Assembly (NCBI GenBank): GCA_963790335.1 | Contig: CAWBOB010000005.1 | Coordinates: forward strand, 11,570 to 75,569 | Reading direction: 5' to 3' | Length of the DNA stretch: 64,000 bases | DNA from: an uncultured Actinomycetes bacterium | GTDB taxonomy: Bacteria; Actinomycetota; UBA4738; HRBIN12 | Shown here: positions 54,778 through 63,983 of the stretch, piece by piece | Position numbering within the stretch: position 1 is the first letter of the stretch | Layout of the letters: each line of letters begins with the position of its first letter | The notes under the pieces: model-generated | What the model was told of the DNA's origin: nothing | Database searches by the model: none | Seen by the model: the letters and a program-made list of their open reading frames with translations, nothing else | Made by a program: the position numbers and the translations under genes

Positions 54778-55646
54778 TCCGACGCCTCGCGCACGGCCGG
54801 AGACGACGCCCCGGCGTGCATCAGCGTGCGTGAGCGCAGGTCGAAGCGGTAGCCGGACGGGATGGAGTGCAGCATCGCCCCCGACACCATCATCGGGCGC
54901 CGCCCCCGCAGGCGGTAGGCATCGGTCTGCATGTGCGAGCCATCGACCACGGTGACCGATCCTCGGCCGATCACCTCCATCGAGCGGTCCGGATGCACGA
55001 TCGCGCACGTGTCCTCGTCGAGGCCGAGACCGATCAGCGACGGCGACTGGGCGATGGCGCTCAGCAGCCGTCCGAGCCGTGTGCGCTGCTCGAAATGCTG
55101 GTCGACGATCGTTCCCTCGACGAGCCCGAGGCCGGCGGCGGTCTGCACGTTGCCGTGGCGCGGCGTCGCCCCCGTCTGCCCGAACGCCATCATGTGCGAG
55201 GCGAGAGCGCTCGCGCCCGCCGAGGTGCCCGCGATCACGGCGCCCCGGTCCTGCGCGAGGTGCAGCCCGTGATGCAACCGGGTGCCTGCCACGATCGACG
55301 TGAGCCGGAGCTGGTTCCCCCCTGTGAGGAACACCGCCGTCGCGTCGCTCAGCTTGCTCGCGGCGTCGGAGGTATCGGCCTCGGTTCGCTCCTGGGGCCG
55401 CAGGCCGGTGATGCTTCCGACACCGAGCTCGAGGAAGAGCGCCTCGTAGAGCTGCAGCGCCTGCTCGCTGATCTCCGAGGCGGTCGCGATCACCGCGACC
55501 CGGGCCTCGGTGCCACCCGCGAGCTTGACGAATCGCTTGAGGATCTGCCGACCCCGCAGCTTGTCCTCGGCGCCACCGATCAGCATGATCGAGCCAGCGC
55601 CCGCCTGCACCGCGGAGAGCTTCGAGGGTCGGCGTGTCTCGGCCAT
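54774..55646 (-). CDS. cphB: Cyanophycinase (peptidase S51)
   Basis: IMLIGGAEDK, FLTGGNQLRL, VIAGTSAGASALA (nucleophile Ser in GTSAG), DQHFEQRTRLGRL. Intact 290 aa. Confidence 0.9.
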   Translation of the reverse strand: MAETRRPSKLSAVQAGAGSIMLIGGAEDKLRGRQILKRFVKLAGGTEARVAVIATASEISEQALQLYEALFLELGVGSITGLRPQERTEADTSDAASKLSDATAVFLTGGNQLRLTSIVAGTRLHHGLHLAQDRGAVIAGTSAGASALASHMMAFGQTGATPRHGNVQTAAGLGLVEGTIVDQHFEQRTRLGRLLSAIAQSPSLIGLGLDEDTCAIVHPDRSMEVIGRGSVTVVDGSHMQTDAYRLRGRRPMMVSGAMLHSIPSGYRFDLRSRTLMHAGASSPAVREASE

Positions 55647-55755
55647 CGCGCCAGTCTAGACCCGGCCCGGGCCGGGATGAGCGTGGCCACCGGTCCGATC
55701 ACGGCACGGAGCCTCCAGAGGGGTCGGCCTCGCATCACGCCGATAGACTCGGCTC

Positions 55756-56178
55756 GTGGCCGAGACGATCACGATCGAGGGCCAGTCGTTCCTGAGGCGG
55801 AACCCGTTCGGAGTGCTCGGCCTCAGCGTCATCACCCTGGGGATCTACTTCCTCTACTGGTACTACCAGGTCAACGACGAACTCCGTCGCTTCGAGCACG
55901 ACGAGACGATCAGTCCGACGCGTTCGCTCATGGCGATGTTGTTCGGCTGGATCCTGATCGTGCCGCCGTTCATCGCGCTCTACAACACGGCGAGGCACAT
56001 CGAGCGCGCTGAGGAGCGGGTGGGCACACGCCAGCAGATCGAGCCGGTCCTCGTGGTGCTGTTCGGACTCTTCGTGTCGCTCGTCAACCCTCCGTACATG
56101 CAGGACCATATGAACCGCATCTGGGATCACGCACCTGGCGCCCCGTCGCCCCTTCCCTCGCCCCCGGTGGCCACATGA
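55756..56178 (+). CDS. DUF4234-family membrane protein
   Basis: NPFGVLGLSVITLGIYFLYWYYQVNDEL is the DUF4234 signature (GIY-x-x-YW ... EL). Two TM pairs. GTG start. Confidence 0.7.
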   Translation: MAETITIEGQSFLRRNPFGVLGLSVITLGIYFLYWYYQVNDELRRFEHDETISPTRSLMAMLFGWILIVPPFIALYNTARHIERAEERVGTRQQIEPVLVVLFGLFVSLVNPPYMQDHMNRIWDHAPGAPSPLPSPPVAT

Positions 56179-56231
56179 CACCCGGCCCGACGACCCCGAT
56201 GCACCCTTCGCCTGCCCGCTAGCGTGCCCTG

Positions 56232-57182
56232 ATGGGATCGGTCGTGGTTCTCGGATGCGAGGGGCTCCGGAAGTCGTTCGGCGACCGGGTCGCGGTCGAC
56301 GGCGTGAGTTTCTCGATCGCTGCCGGCGAGACCTACGGCCTGCTGGGCCCGAACGGCGCCGGCAAGACGACCACCATCTCGATGGTGTGTGGCCTGCTCA
56401 CCCGCGACGACGGACATGTGTCGCTGCTCGGACGAGAGCTCGACACCCGTACGGTCGAGGTCAAGGCCGGTATCGGGTTCGTCCCCCAAGAGATCGCGAT
56501 CTACCCCGATCTCACCGCCCGTGAGAACCTCCGCTTCTTCGGGAAGCTGTACGACCTCTCGGGGCGCGCTCTCGACGATCGCATCGATCGCATCCTGAAA
56601 ACGATCGGGCTGGACGATCGTGCCAACGAGCGAACAGGGGAATTCTCCGGCGGCATGAAGCGCAGGCTGAACATCGGCCTCGGCATGCTGAACGACCCGT
56701 CGCTGCTGATCCTCGACGAGCCCACCGTGGGCGTCGATCCGCAGAGCCGCAACGCCATCCTGGACTCGGTCGAGGCGCTCGCGACCGAGGGGATGGCCGT
56801 CCTGTACACGACCCACTACATGGAAGAGGCAGAGCGGCTGTGCGACCGGGTCGGCATCCTCGACGAAGGGGTGCTGAAGGCCGAGGGCACGCGTCGCGAG
56901 CTCATCTCGCTGGTGGGCGAGCACGATCGCCTGCACATCGATGCCCGGGGGGATCTGGAAGCTGCGGCCCTCGCAGCGGCCTCGGTGCCGGGGGTGGAGG
57001 AGGCGGTCGCTCGGGACGGAGGCATCGACCTGCTCGCTGTCGATGCGCGCGCCTCGCTCGCGGAGATCGTGCGCACCATCGACCACACCGGCGCGAGCAT
57101 CGGCTCGATGGAGGTGCACGAACCGAACCTCGAGGCGGTATTCCTCCACCTGACCGGCAAGGCCCTGCGCGACGAAGGTTGA
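56232..57182 (+). CDS. ABC transporter ATP-binding protein (ABC-2/DrrA-like exporter subunit)
   Basis: GLLGPNGAGKTT (Walker A), FSGGMKRRLNIG (signature), LLILDEPTVGVD (Walker B), TTHYMEEAE (H-loop). Confidence 0.9.
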   Translation: MGSVVVLGCEGLRKSFGDRVAVDGVSFSIAAGETYGLLGPNGAGKTTTISMVCGLLTRDDGHVSLLGRELDTRTVEVKAGIGFVPQEIAIYPDLTARENLRFFGKLYDLSGRALDDRIDRILKTIGLDDRANERTGEFSGGMKRRLNIGLGMLNDPSLLILDEPTVGVDPQSRNAILDSVEALATEGMAVLYTTHYMEEAERLCDRVGILDEGVLKAEGTRRELISLVGEHDRLHIDARGDLEAAALAAASVPGVEEAVARDGGIDLLAVDARASLAEIVRTIDHTGASIGSMEVHEPNLEAVFLHLTGKALRDEG

Positions 57183-57186
57183 TGCG

Positions 57187-58344
57187 ATGCGCGATGCGTG
57201 GACGATCGCGGCGAAGGACCTGCGGCGACGCATCCGCGACCGGACGGCGGTCCTCGTCGCGCTGGTGCTGCCGCTCGGTCTCGCGTACATCTTCAGCCTG
57301 ACGCTCGGCGATGTGGACGACCAGGCCTTCGAAGCCACCTACGCGGTGGTGAACATGGATGAGACCGGACACCTCCCGGCCGAACTCATCGGGCTGCTGG
57401 AACGCCTCGAGTTCGTGACCCTGCGGGACGCTGCGACGGGCGGCTCAGCGCAGGCGCTCATCAGCGACGGTGCGATCGACGCCGCGATCGTGATCCCGGA
57501 CGGGTTCACCGACGGCGTCCAGGCAGGCCGGGGAGGGTCGATCGAGGTGATCACCGGCCCCGACGCGCCGATCGCGGGGGTGGTGGCGAGGTCGATCGTC
57601 ACATCGTTCGCCTCGAACCTCGATGCCATCGGGCTCTCCCTGGCGACGATCGTGGAACCCGGGACGAGCGCCGATGAGGATCTCATCGCGCGAGCAGGGT
57701 CCGTACCGGCGGGTGGGGAGATCCGGGCGACCGACGCCGACGATCGATCGACGTCGCCCTCGACCTTCTTCGCCATCGGCATGGCGGTGTTCTTCCTGTT
57801 CTTCGCGGTCGAGTTCGGCGTGCGCGGGCTGCTGGAGGAGCGAGAGGAAGGCACGCTCTCCCGTCTCCTCGTCGCTCCGATCTCGCCGAGCTCGGTGATC
57901 GGTGGGAAGGTGCTCGCGAGTCTCGTCGTCGGTCTCGTGAGCACCGCCCTGTTGGTCATCGCGACCACCGTGCTGCTCGACGCGCGATGGGGTGACCCGT
58001 TCGGCGTCACCCTGCTCGTGCTCGGGGGCGTGCTCTCTGCGGTCGGCGTCACCGCCCTCGTCGCGACCCTCGCCACGACCACGGCGCAGGCAGGGGCCTA
58101 CGTGTCGATCGTCGCCGTCGTCGGAGGATTGGTCGGGGGGACCTTCTTCCCCATCTCGCAGGCGGGGTGGCTCGGCACGATCCGGTTCCTGTCACCACAG
58201 GGATGGCTGATGGAGGGGTTCCAGGCGCTGGCCGGCGGATCCTCGCTCTCCGGAGTCGCGTGGCCGCTCGGTGGAGTGCTCGCGATCGCCGCCGTGACGG
58301 GCACGCTCGCCTGGGTGCGATCACGGACGCTGGTGGCTCGATGA
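57187..58344 (+). CDS. ABC-2 type transporter permease
   Basis: N-terminal TM, a large extracytoplasmic loop and a C-terminal 5-helix bundle. Starts 4 nt after the ATPase stop. Confidence 0.8.
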   Translation: MRDAWTIAAKDLRRRIRDRTAVLVALVLPLGLAYIFSLTLGDVDDQAFEATYAVVNMDETGHLPAELIGLLERLEFVTLRDAATGGSAQALISDGAIDAAIVIPDGFTDGVQAGRGGSIEVITGPDAPIAGVVARSIVTSFASNLDAIGLSLATIVEPGTSADEDLIARAGSVPAGGEIRATDADDRSTSPSTFFAIGMAVFFLFFAVEFGVRGLLEEREEGTLSRLLVAPISPSSVIGGKVLASLVVGLVSTALLVIATTVLLDARWGDPFGVTLLVLGGVLSAVGVTALVATLATTTAQAGAYVSIVAVVGGLVGGTFFPISQAGWLGTIRFLSPQGWLMEGFQALAGGSSLSGVAWPLGGVLAIAAVTGTLAWVRSRTLVAR

Positions 58345-59510
58345 GCGCACGGAAGGCTGTCGTGATCGCCGCCGTCAACCTGCGGCGGCTCACGCGCGAC
58401 CGCACGGGGGCATTCTTCGTGTTCGTCTTCCCGTTCCTGATCATCCTGGCGATCGGCGCGGCGTTCGGGGCCGGCTTCACACCGCAGGTCGGCGTCGTCT
58501 CGACGGGGTCGGGGCCGCTGGGACAGGACCTTCGGACACGGGTCGAAACGACCGACGGCATCGACGTGCAGGCGTACCCAGACGAGGCATCACTCCGCAC
58601 CGCGGTCGAGCGCGGCCTGCTCGAGGGTGGGTTGGTGATCCCCGCCGGCTACGACCGGCGAGTCCGGGCAGGAGAGACGGTAGTACTCACCGCGATCACG
58701 AGGCCGGCGGGTGCGAGCCTGGAGCTTCGCAGCACGCTGAGTGCGGTCGTCGACGCCCAGTCCGTGCTGGTGCGAGGAGCGCGGTTCGCGGTGGCGGAAG
58801 GGGTCGCGAGCACCTTCGAGCAGGGACTCTCCCGGGCCGACTCGGTTCGGCAGAGCCTGCCCACGGTCGACGTGACGACGCGAACCGTCGGCGGCGCGAT
58901 CACGGGCACGTTCGAGGCGGGCGCTGCCCAGGAGCTGGTCCTGTTCATGTTCCTCACGTCCCTGTCCGCATCGTCGATGCTGATCGAGACACGGCGACTC
59001 GGGATCAGCGCCCGCATGCTCGTCTCACCGACGGGGGTGTCCACGATCCTGGTCGGCGAGACCCTCGGTCGCTACGCCGTCGCGTTGGTACAAGGCCTCC
59101 TCATCGTGCTGGGCACGGTGCTCCTGTTCCGGGTGGACTGGGGGAACCCGCTCACGACCGGGCTGGTCGTGCTGCTGTTCGCCCTCGCGGCCACGGGCGC
59201 GGCGATGGTGATGGGCTCCGTGCTGCAGAACGCTGCACAAGCCGGCGCGCTGGGCGTGTTCCTCGGCCTGGTGCTCGCCGCGTTGGGCGGCAGCATGGTG
59301 CCGCTCGAGATCTTCCCGCCATCGATGTACCGCATCGCGCACCTGCTTCCACACGCCTGGGCGATCGAAGCGTTGAACGAGTCCATCGCGTCGGGGGCCG
59401 ACCCCGGTGAAGTTTCCACGAACCTCTCCGTGCTTGCCGCGTACGGTCTGGGGCTCCTGGCGATCGCCACCTTGCTGCTGCATCGCACCCTCGTCGGTCG
59501 CCAGCGCTGA
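58341..59510 (+). CDS. ABC-2 type transporter permease (second subunit)
   Basis: ATG 58341 overlaps the upstream stop (ATGA). Same topology as the preceding permease. The ORF-track entry starts at 58167 inside the upstream gene. Confidence 0.8.
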   Translation: MSARKAVVIAAVNLRRLTRDRTGAFFVFVFPFLIILAIGAAFGAGFTPQVGVVSTGSGPLGQDLRTRVETTDGIDVQAYPDEASLRTAVERGLLEGGLVIPAGYDRRVRAGETVVLTAITRPAGASLELRSTLSAVVDAQSVLVRGARFAVAEGVASTFEQGLSRADSVRQSLPTVDVTTRTVGGAITGTFEAGAAQELVLFMFLTSLSASSMLIETRRLGISARMLVSPTGVSTILVGETLGRYAVALVQGLLIVLGTVLLFRVDWGNPLTTGLVVLLFALAATGAAMVMGSVLQNAAQAGALGVFLGLVLAALGGSMVPLEIFPPSMYRIAHLLPHAWAIEALNESIASGADPGEVSTNLSVLAAYGLGLLAIATLLLHRTLVGRQR

Positions 59511-59564
59511 CCCACCCCCGGCTGGCTCGGAAGGCGCTCAGACCGAGCGCACGTTGCGCGAACC

Positions 59565-60017
59565 TCAGCCAGGCTTGAAAGGTGGCCGGGCGTCGTCGGG
59601 CGTGGACACGAGCACCGGCTCGGCCCCCGTGTGCGCGGCGAGCGACGAGGCCACCCCGTTGAACCCGTCGCGATCCCAGGCGCCCACCGACTCGGCCACG
59701 CGTCCGTCGACACCGACGAGGTACAGCGTGGGGACCGACTCGACGGCGTAGGCGGCGGAGATCGGGTAGGGCGGGGCATCCTCGATCGAGGCGATGCCCA
59801 TGTCGTGCTCGTGCGTGAAGCGCTCGAGCTCCGACACGGGGTCCTGCCCGACCCCGACGACCAGCCCGGGGAACGCTCGCTCGAAGTGCTGCATCACCGG
59901 CGCCGCGAGCTGGCAGGTCGGGCAGGTGACCTTGTAGAAGAACAAGCCCCGAGGTGAGCCGCCGAACGGCACACCGGGAACCTCGGGTGCGGGGTCACCG
60001 GGCTGCAGGGGGCTCAC
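59565..60017 (-). CDS. Thioredoxin-fold protein (redoxin/TlpA-like) with CPTC motif
   Basis: LFFYKVTCPTCQLAAP...VESVPTLYLVG. Starts 4 nt after the dipeptidase stop on the same strand. Confidence 0.75.
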   Translation of the reverse strand: MSPLQPGDPAPEVPGVPFGGSPRGLFFYKVTCPTCQLAAPVMQHFERAFPGLVVGVGQDPVSELERFTHEHDMGIASIEDAPPYPISAAYAVESVPTLYLVGVDGRVAESVGAWDRDGFNGVASSLAAHTGAEPVLVSTPDDARPPFKPG

Positions 60018-60021
60018 GGCG

Positions 60022-61167
60022 TCAAGCGTACGGCGCGGCCACGCGTTCTGCGTCTCGCATGAGCCTCAGCACGTTCCGCCCGGCGATCATCGCGAGATCC
60101 TCGTCGCTGTAGCCACGGGCCTCCAGCTCACCGAACAGCGCAGGGTAGCCCGACACGTCGGCGAGGCCGTCGGGCATGGTTCCGACACCGTCGAAGTCGC
60201 CTCCGACCCCGATCGCCTCGATGCCCGCGATGTCGCGCACGTGATCGATGTGGTCGGCGACGTCGCCGACGGTGGCGGCGACGTCGTGCTCGTCGAACCA
60301 CGCGTCGACGGCGGCGCTCACCCGTGCGGGATCGTCGGGATGCTCGGCCCTCAGACGACCGGCGAGTTCCCAGCCCTCACGGTTGACCGACGCCCCTTCG
60401 GCGGTCAGGAACTCGGGCACGAACGTCACCATCACGACGCCTCGGGTGCGCCCGACCACCTCGAGCACGTCGTCGGGCACGTTGCGGGTCACGTCTGCGA
60501 TCGCCCGAGCCGACGAGTGACTGAACACGACGGGAGCCTCGCTCACTTCGATGGCCTGGCGCATGGTGTCGGGCGAGACGTGACTCAGGTCGACGAGCAC
60601 GCCGAGCCGGTTCAGCTCGCGGACGACCTGCTCCCCGAACGTCGTGAGCCCGCCGTGGGGATGTTCCCCGGTTGCGGCGTCGGCCCACGGGGTGTCGTCG
60701 TTGTGCGTGAGCGTCAGGTAGCCCGCACCTGCTCGCGCGAAGGCGCGCAACACGCCGAGGGAGCTCGCGATGCAATGGCCCCCCTCGACCCCGATCATCG
60801 ATGCGATCCGGCCGCTCGAGGCCACGCGCTCGACGTCGTCCGCGGTGCGGGCGAGCCCAAGTCGATCGGGATGGCGAGCCACGAGCTCGTACAGCGCCTC
60901 GATCTGCTCGAACGTTCGCACCGCGGCCTCGTGCTCGGACAGATCCGACGGCACGTAGACGGACCAGAACTGCCCCCCGACGCCGCCGGCGCCCAGCCGT
61001 GGGAAGTCGGTCTGCAGGGTGGGACACGACCCGCTCGGATCGAGCGCGACGGGGGGGTCGGCGTGCCTCGCCTCACGCATCGCCCACAACAGATCGTTGT
61101 GCCCGTCGATCAGCGGAGCGGATCGCAGCAGCTCGACGATGCGGTCACGAGGAGCCGACATGCCCAC
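60022..61167 (-). CDS. Membrane (renal-type) dipeptidase, peptidase M19
   Basis: PLIDGHNDLLWAMR, GVGGQFWSVYV, IGVEGGH, YLTLTHNDDTPWA, VDLSHVS, FSHSSARA, GVGGDFDG: the full M19 motif set. Intact. Confidence 0.9.
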   Translation of the reverse strand: MGMSAPRDRIVELLRSAPLIDGHNDLLWAMREARHADPPVALDPSGSCPTLQTDFPRLGAGGVGGQFWSVYVPSDLSEHEAAVRTFEQIEALYELVARHPDRLGLARTADDVERVASSGRIASMIGVEGGHCIASSLGVLRAFARAGAGYLTLTHNDDTPWADAATGEHPHGGLTTFGEQVVRELNRLGVLVDLSHVSPDTMRQAIEVSEAPVVFSHSSARAIADVTRNVPDDVLEVVGRTRGVVMVTFVPEFLTAEGASVNREGWELAGRLRAEHPDDPARVSAAVDAWFDEHDVAATVGDVADHIDHVRDIAGIEAIGVGGDFDGVGTMPDGLADVSGYPALFGELEARGYSDEDLAMIAGRNVLRLMRDAERVAAPYA

Positions 61168-61194
61168 AGCCTAGGTGCACGGCGAGCCTGAGCG

Positions 61195-61590
61195 TCAGCA
61201 GCGATCGCCGAGGCAGTCCTCGGAGAACACCTCGTCGCCGTCGACCGTTCCGACGAAGGATCCACGGACCGCGTCGACGCTGATGTCCTGCTCGCGCGCG
61301 GCGACCTCGCCCTCGATGGCGAGCTCACGTCCGTCGTCGCTCCTGCCGCTGCAGCTGACGCTCACGGTCTCGGCTCCTCCCGTCGAGTTCGACGTGCACG
61401 CCAAGACATCGGAGACCTCGAGGCCTTGCTGCTCGAAGGCCGCCGTGCCAGCGGCGGCCGCGGCGTTCCTCACGGCGACCTCCACCGTGTCGTCGACGAT
61501 CTCCTGCTGCTGAGCCTCTGAGCACGCGGACAGGGCGCCCGCGGCGAGCAGCGCGCCCATCGCGGCGCTCGCGATCGTTCGGTAGCGCAT
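61195..61590 (-). CDS. Lipoprotein, DUF4333-like
   Basis: ATG comp. 61588-61590 follows GAGGAG. Lipobox in MRYRTIASAAMGALLAAGALSAC. Four further Cys in a C-x...C-x pattern. The ORF-track entry 61195..62505 is grossly over-extended. Confidence 0.7.
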   Translation of the reverse strand: MRYRTIASAAMGALLAAGALSACSEAQQQEIVDDTVEVAVRNAAAAAGTAAFEQQGLEVSDVLACTSNSTGGAETVSVSCSGRSDDGRELAIEGEVAAREQDISVDAVRGSFVGTVDGDEVFSEDCLGDRC

Positions 61591-61686
61591 CGGCGTCTCC
61601 TCGGGTCGGTGGATGATGAAGAGGCATACCCTACGGATGCGGCCCGCAACCACGACCGTCCGTCGGAGCAGCACGAGGAGGAACCC

Positions 61687-61887
61687 GTGAGTGACCAGCA
61701 GGACCACGACTCGACCGAGCCCGTTCCCGAGGCCGATGCCATCGAACAGGAGACGCCGCTCGAGACCGAGCCGGCGGACGAGGAGATCGAGCTGCCGCAC
61801 GGCGTTCCCGACGATGCCTCCGAGGCCGACGCGCTGGAACAGGCGACCCCGGTGCCCGGTCAGGGCGACGAGGAGGTGCCGCGCTGA
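61687..61887 (+). CDS. Small highly acidic protein (DUF5709-like)
   Basis: GTG 61687 lies 5 nt after GAGGAGGA. Product VSDQQDHDSTEPVPEADAIEQETPLETEPADEEIELPHGVPDDASEADALEQATPVP..., with a repeated EADA(I/L)EQ motif. Confidence 0.6.
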   Translation: MSDQQDHDSTEPVPEADAIEQETPLETEPADEEIELPHGVPDDASEADALEQATPVPGQGDEEVPR

Positions 61888-62780
61888 TCCAACCTCCCCG
61901 CGACCTGGGTCTCGATCGACTCGGCGATCCAGGTGACGGCCGCCTCGTCGGCGTGCGAGCCGCAGGTGAGCCGCATGGGTGGAAGCGGGCGGCGCACGAG
62001 CCGCACGACGGCTTCGACACCGGGTAGGGAGAACCGCGCGGTCGCGGTGTCGCCGGTCCGGTGCGCGTCGATGAGTCCGACGTCGTCGATACGGTCGAGA
62101 CCCTCTCGTCGGCGCACGGCGATCTCGGCAGCCTGGGCATGCATCGGATGGCTCGTGCGGCCGCGGTAGCGGTCGAGCACGATCCGGCCCTGCGCGTAGG
62201 CTCCGACGACCTCGGCCCCTCGGTCGGGCTCGACCCGCCCGAACACGAGCCCGTGCGGGAAGGCGACGAGGTTTGCGGCGAACCGATCGCCACCCACGTG
62301 CGTGCTCTCCCAGACCGCGTCGGGGTGTACGGACGCCGTTGCTGCGGCGAGCGGACGACCGCGCTCGGCGCAGCAGACATCGCGGCGGCCGTGCGTGCAG
62401 ACCACCACGACCGGCGCGCTCACCCGTTCCGGGAAGTCCAGCCGATCGCCGGGGTCGAGATCGGTCGCCTCCTCGATGCGTGCGATCGTGCGGGATCCGA
62501 TCCACGCATCGGCCGTGTCGACGGCGAAGCAGGCCGTGCCGCTCCCCCCACGCACCCGGCCGGGCCGACGGATCAGGAGCACGCGGCTGCGGGTGCGTCT
62601 CGAGGTCGCCCGCAGCGCCAGGCCGAGTCCCCCGGGCAGCCGCGCGTCGACGAGCCCGTCGCGCCCCCAGGGACCCGCATGCTCGATCAGGAGCCAGCGC
62701 CTGATCGTGGAAGCCGTGCCGTCCAGGTCCTCGCCGGCAGCCTCGCTCCGCAGCGCGCAGCGATCGGTCGGCGAGCTCAC
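61860..62780 (-). CDS. Sucrase/ferredoxin-like (thioredoxin-like [2Fe-2S]) family protein
   Basis: WLLIEHAGPWG ... VVVVCTHGRRDVCCAERG ... THVGGDRFAAN, the family signature. GTG comp. 62778-62780 overlaps the upstream stop (GTGA). Confidence 0.8.
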   Translation of the reverse strand: MSSPTDRCALRSEAAGEDLDGTASTIRRWLLIEHAGPWGRDGLVDARLPGGLGLALRATSRRTRSRVLLIRRPGRVRGGSGTACFAVDTADAWIGSRTIARIEEATDLDPGDRLDFPERVSAPVVVVCTHGRRDVCCAERGRPLAAATASVHPDAVWESTHVGGDRFAANLVAFPHGLVFGRVEPDRGAEVVGAYAQGRIVLDRYRGRTSHPMHAQAAEIAVRRREGLDRIDDVGLIDAHRTGDTATARFSLPGVEAVVRLVRRPLPPMRLTCGSHADEAAVTWIAESIETQVAGRLDQRGTSSSP

Positions 62781-63983
62781 ACGGCGTCGGCGCGGTCGAT
62801 GCGAGCGGTGGTCAGCAGCCCCTCGCGGACGAGGCGCCGGGCGAGCACCGCCCTGCTCGTCGCGTCCGGCACGACGTCGGCGAGATCGCCGAGGCGGAGC
62901 ATGTCGGTGCCGGCGATCCGTTCCATCGCGGACGTGAGCCACCTCGGGAGCCGGAGCCGCCGGTCGCCGAGGAGCACGACGAGACCGTCGTCATCCGGAG
63001 CGAGCTCGCACATGGAGTCGGGGCGACGCATCAGCAGGGTGTCGTCATCGATCCGGATCGGCGCGGCGCGCTCCGCGATCGAGCCTCGGGCGAGCTGCGC
63101 CCGCGTCGACAGGAACCGCTCAGCTCGGGCGGCGACGATCTCGCCGGCGTCGACCGCGAGCAGATCGCTCGGTCGCCTCCTGCACCCGTGCGTGCAGCTC
63201 GGCGGCGAGTCCGGCGCGGTCGCGCGTCCACCCTGCGGGCACCGCCTCGTCGAACGATGGGTCGGCGACGGCCGCGCGCCAGACGCTCGCGAGCACGTCG
63301 CGCCAGCTCGTGACGTGGACGCCGACCGTCAGATGCCCCGAGACGGTTCGCTGGGCCGTCGCAGCATGGGGGGTGCCGCGGGGCATGTAGATCGTGTCGC
63401 CCGATGCCACCTCGACGTCGAGCGGCTCCCGCTCCCCTTCACCGGGGGCCTCGTGCACCTGCCACCGCTTGCTCCCGAACGCCTGCAACACGAACACGTC
63501 ATGGGGGTCCTCGTGCAGCTCGAGCCCCTGCGCCCCCGACGGCGTGATGTACGCGTTCACCTGACAGGCGTGGCCGAGCTCGATCTCGAGTCCCCGGTTG
63601 AAGCGCATGACCGGCTCGGACCACCGATGCAGGCCCTGCAGCACGATGGTCGCGCCGCCCTCGAAGAGCGCGGCGATCGCGGCAGGGTCGGCGATGCCCG
63701 CGACGTCGCGCGACCCGGCACGCCCCGAGCGCGTGTACTCGGTCTCCGGGATGCGCTCGCCAGCCCTCACCAGACGGAAGAACGGCGTCCGCAATGCGGT
63801 CGTGGTGAGGAAGCGGTCGATGTCATCGAGCGTGAGCAGGTCGTCGAACCCGGCGTGCTCGCTGCGCTTGGTGACGCTCGCCCGCCGCCCCCAGTCCTCG
63901 GCCAAGAAGCGGCCGACGTCACCGGCGCAGCGAGCGAGCGTTCCCAGCTCTGCCTGTTCGACGCGAGCCGTCGCGACCGTCAC
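62777..63983 (-). CDS. JmjC / cupin-4 family oxygenase (ribosomal-oxygenase-like) with C-terminal winged-helix part; +1 frame break near 63165-63175
   Basis: GTG comp. 63981-63983. ...NAYITPSGAQGLELHEDPHDVFVLQAFGSKRWQV...IYMPRGTPHAA (H-x-D ... H facial triad). The C-terminal part ...DLLAVDAGEIVAARAERFLSTRAQL...MRRPDSMCEL... lies in the frame of ORF 62777..63031. Span 1207 = 3n+1. Confidence 0.8.
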
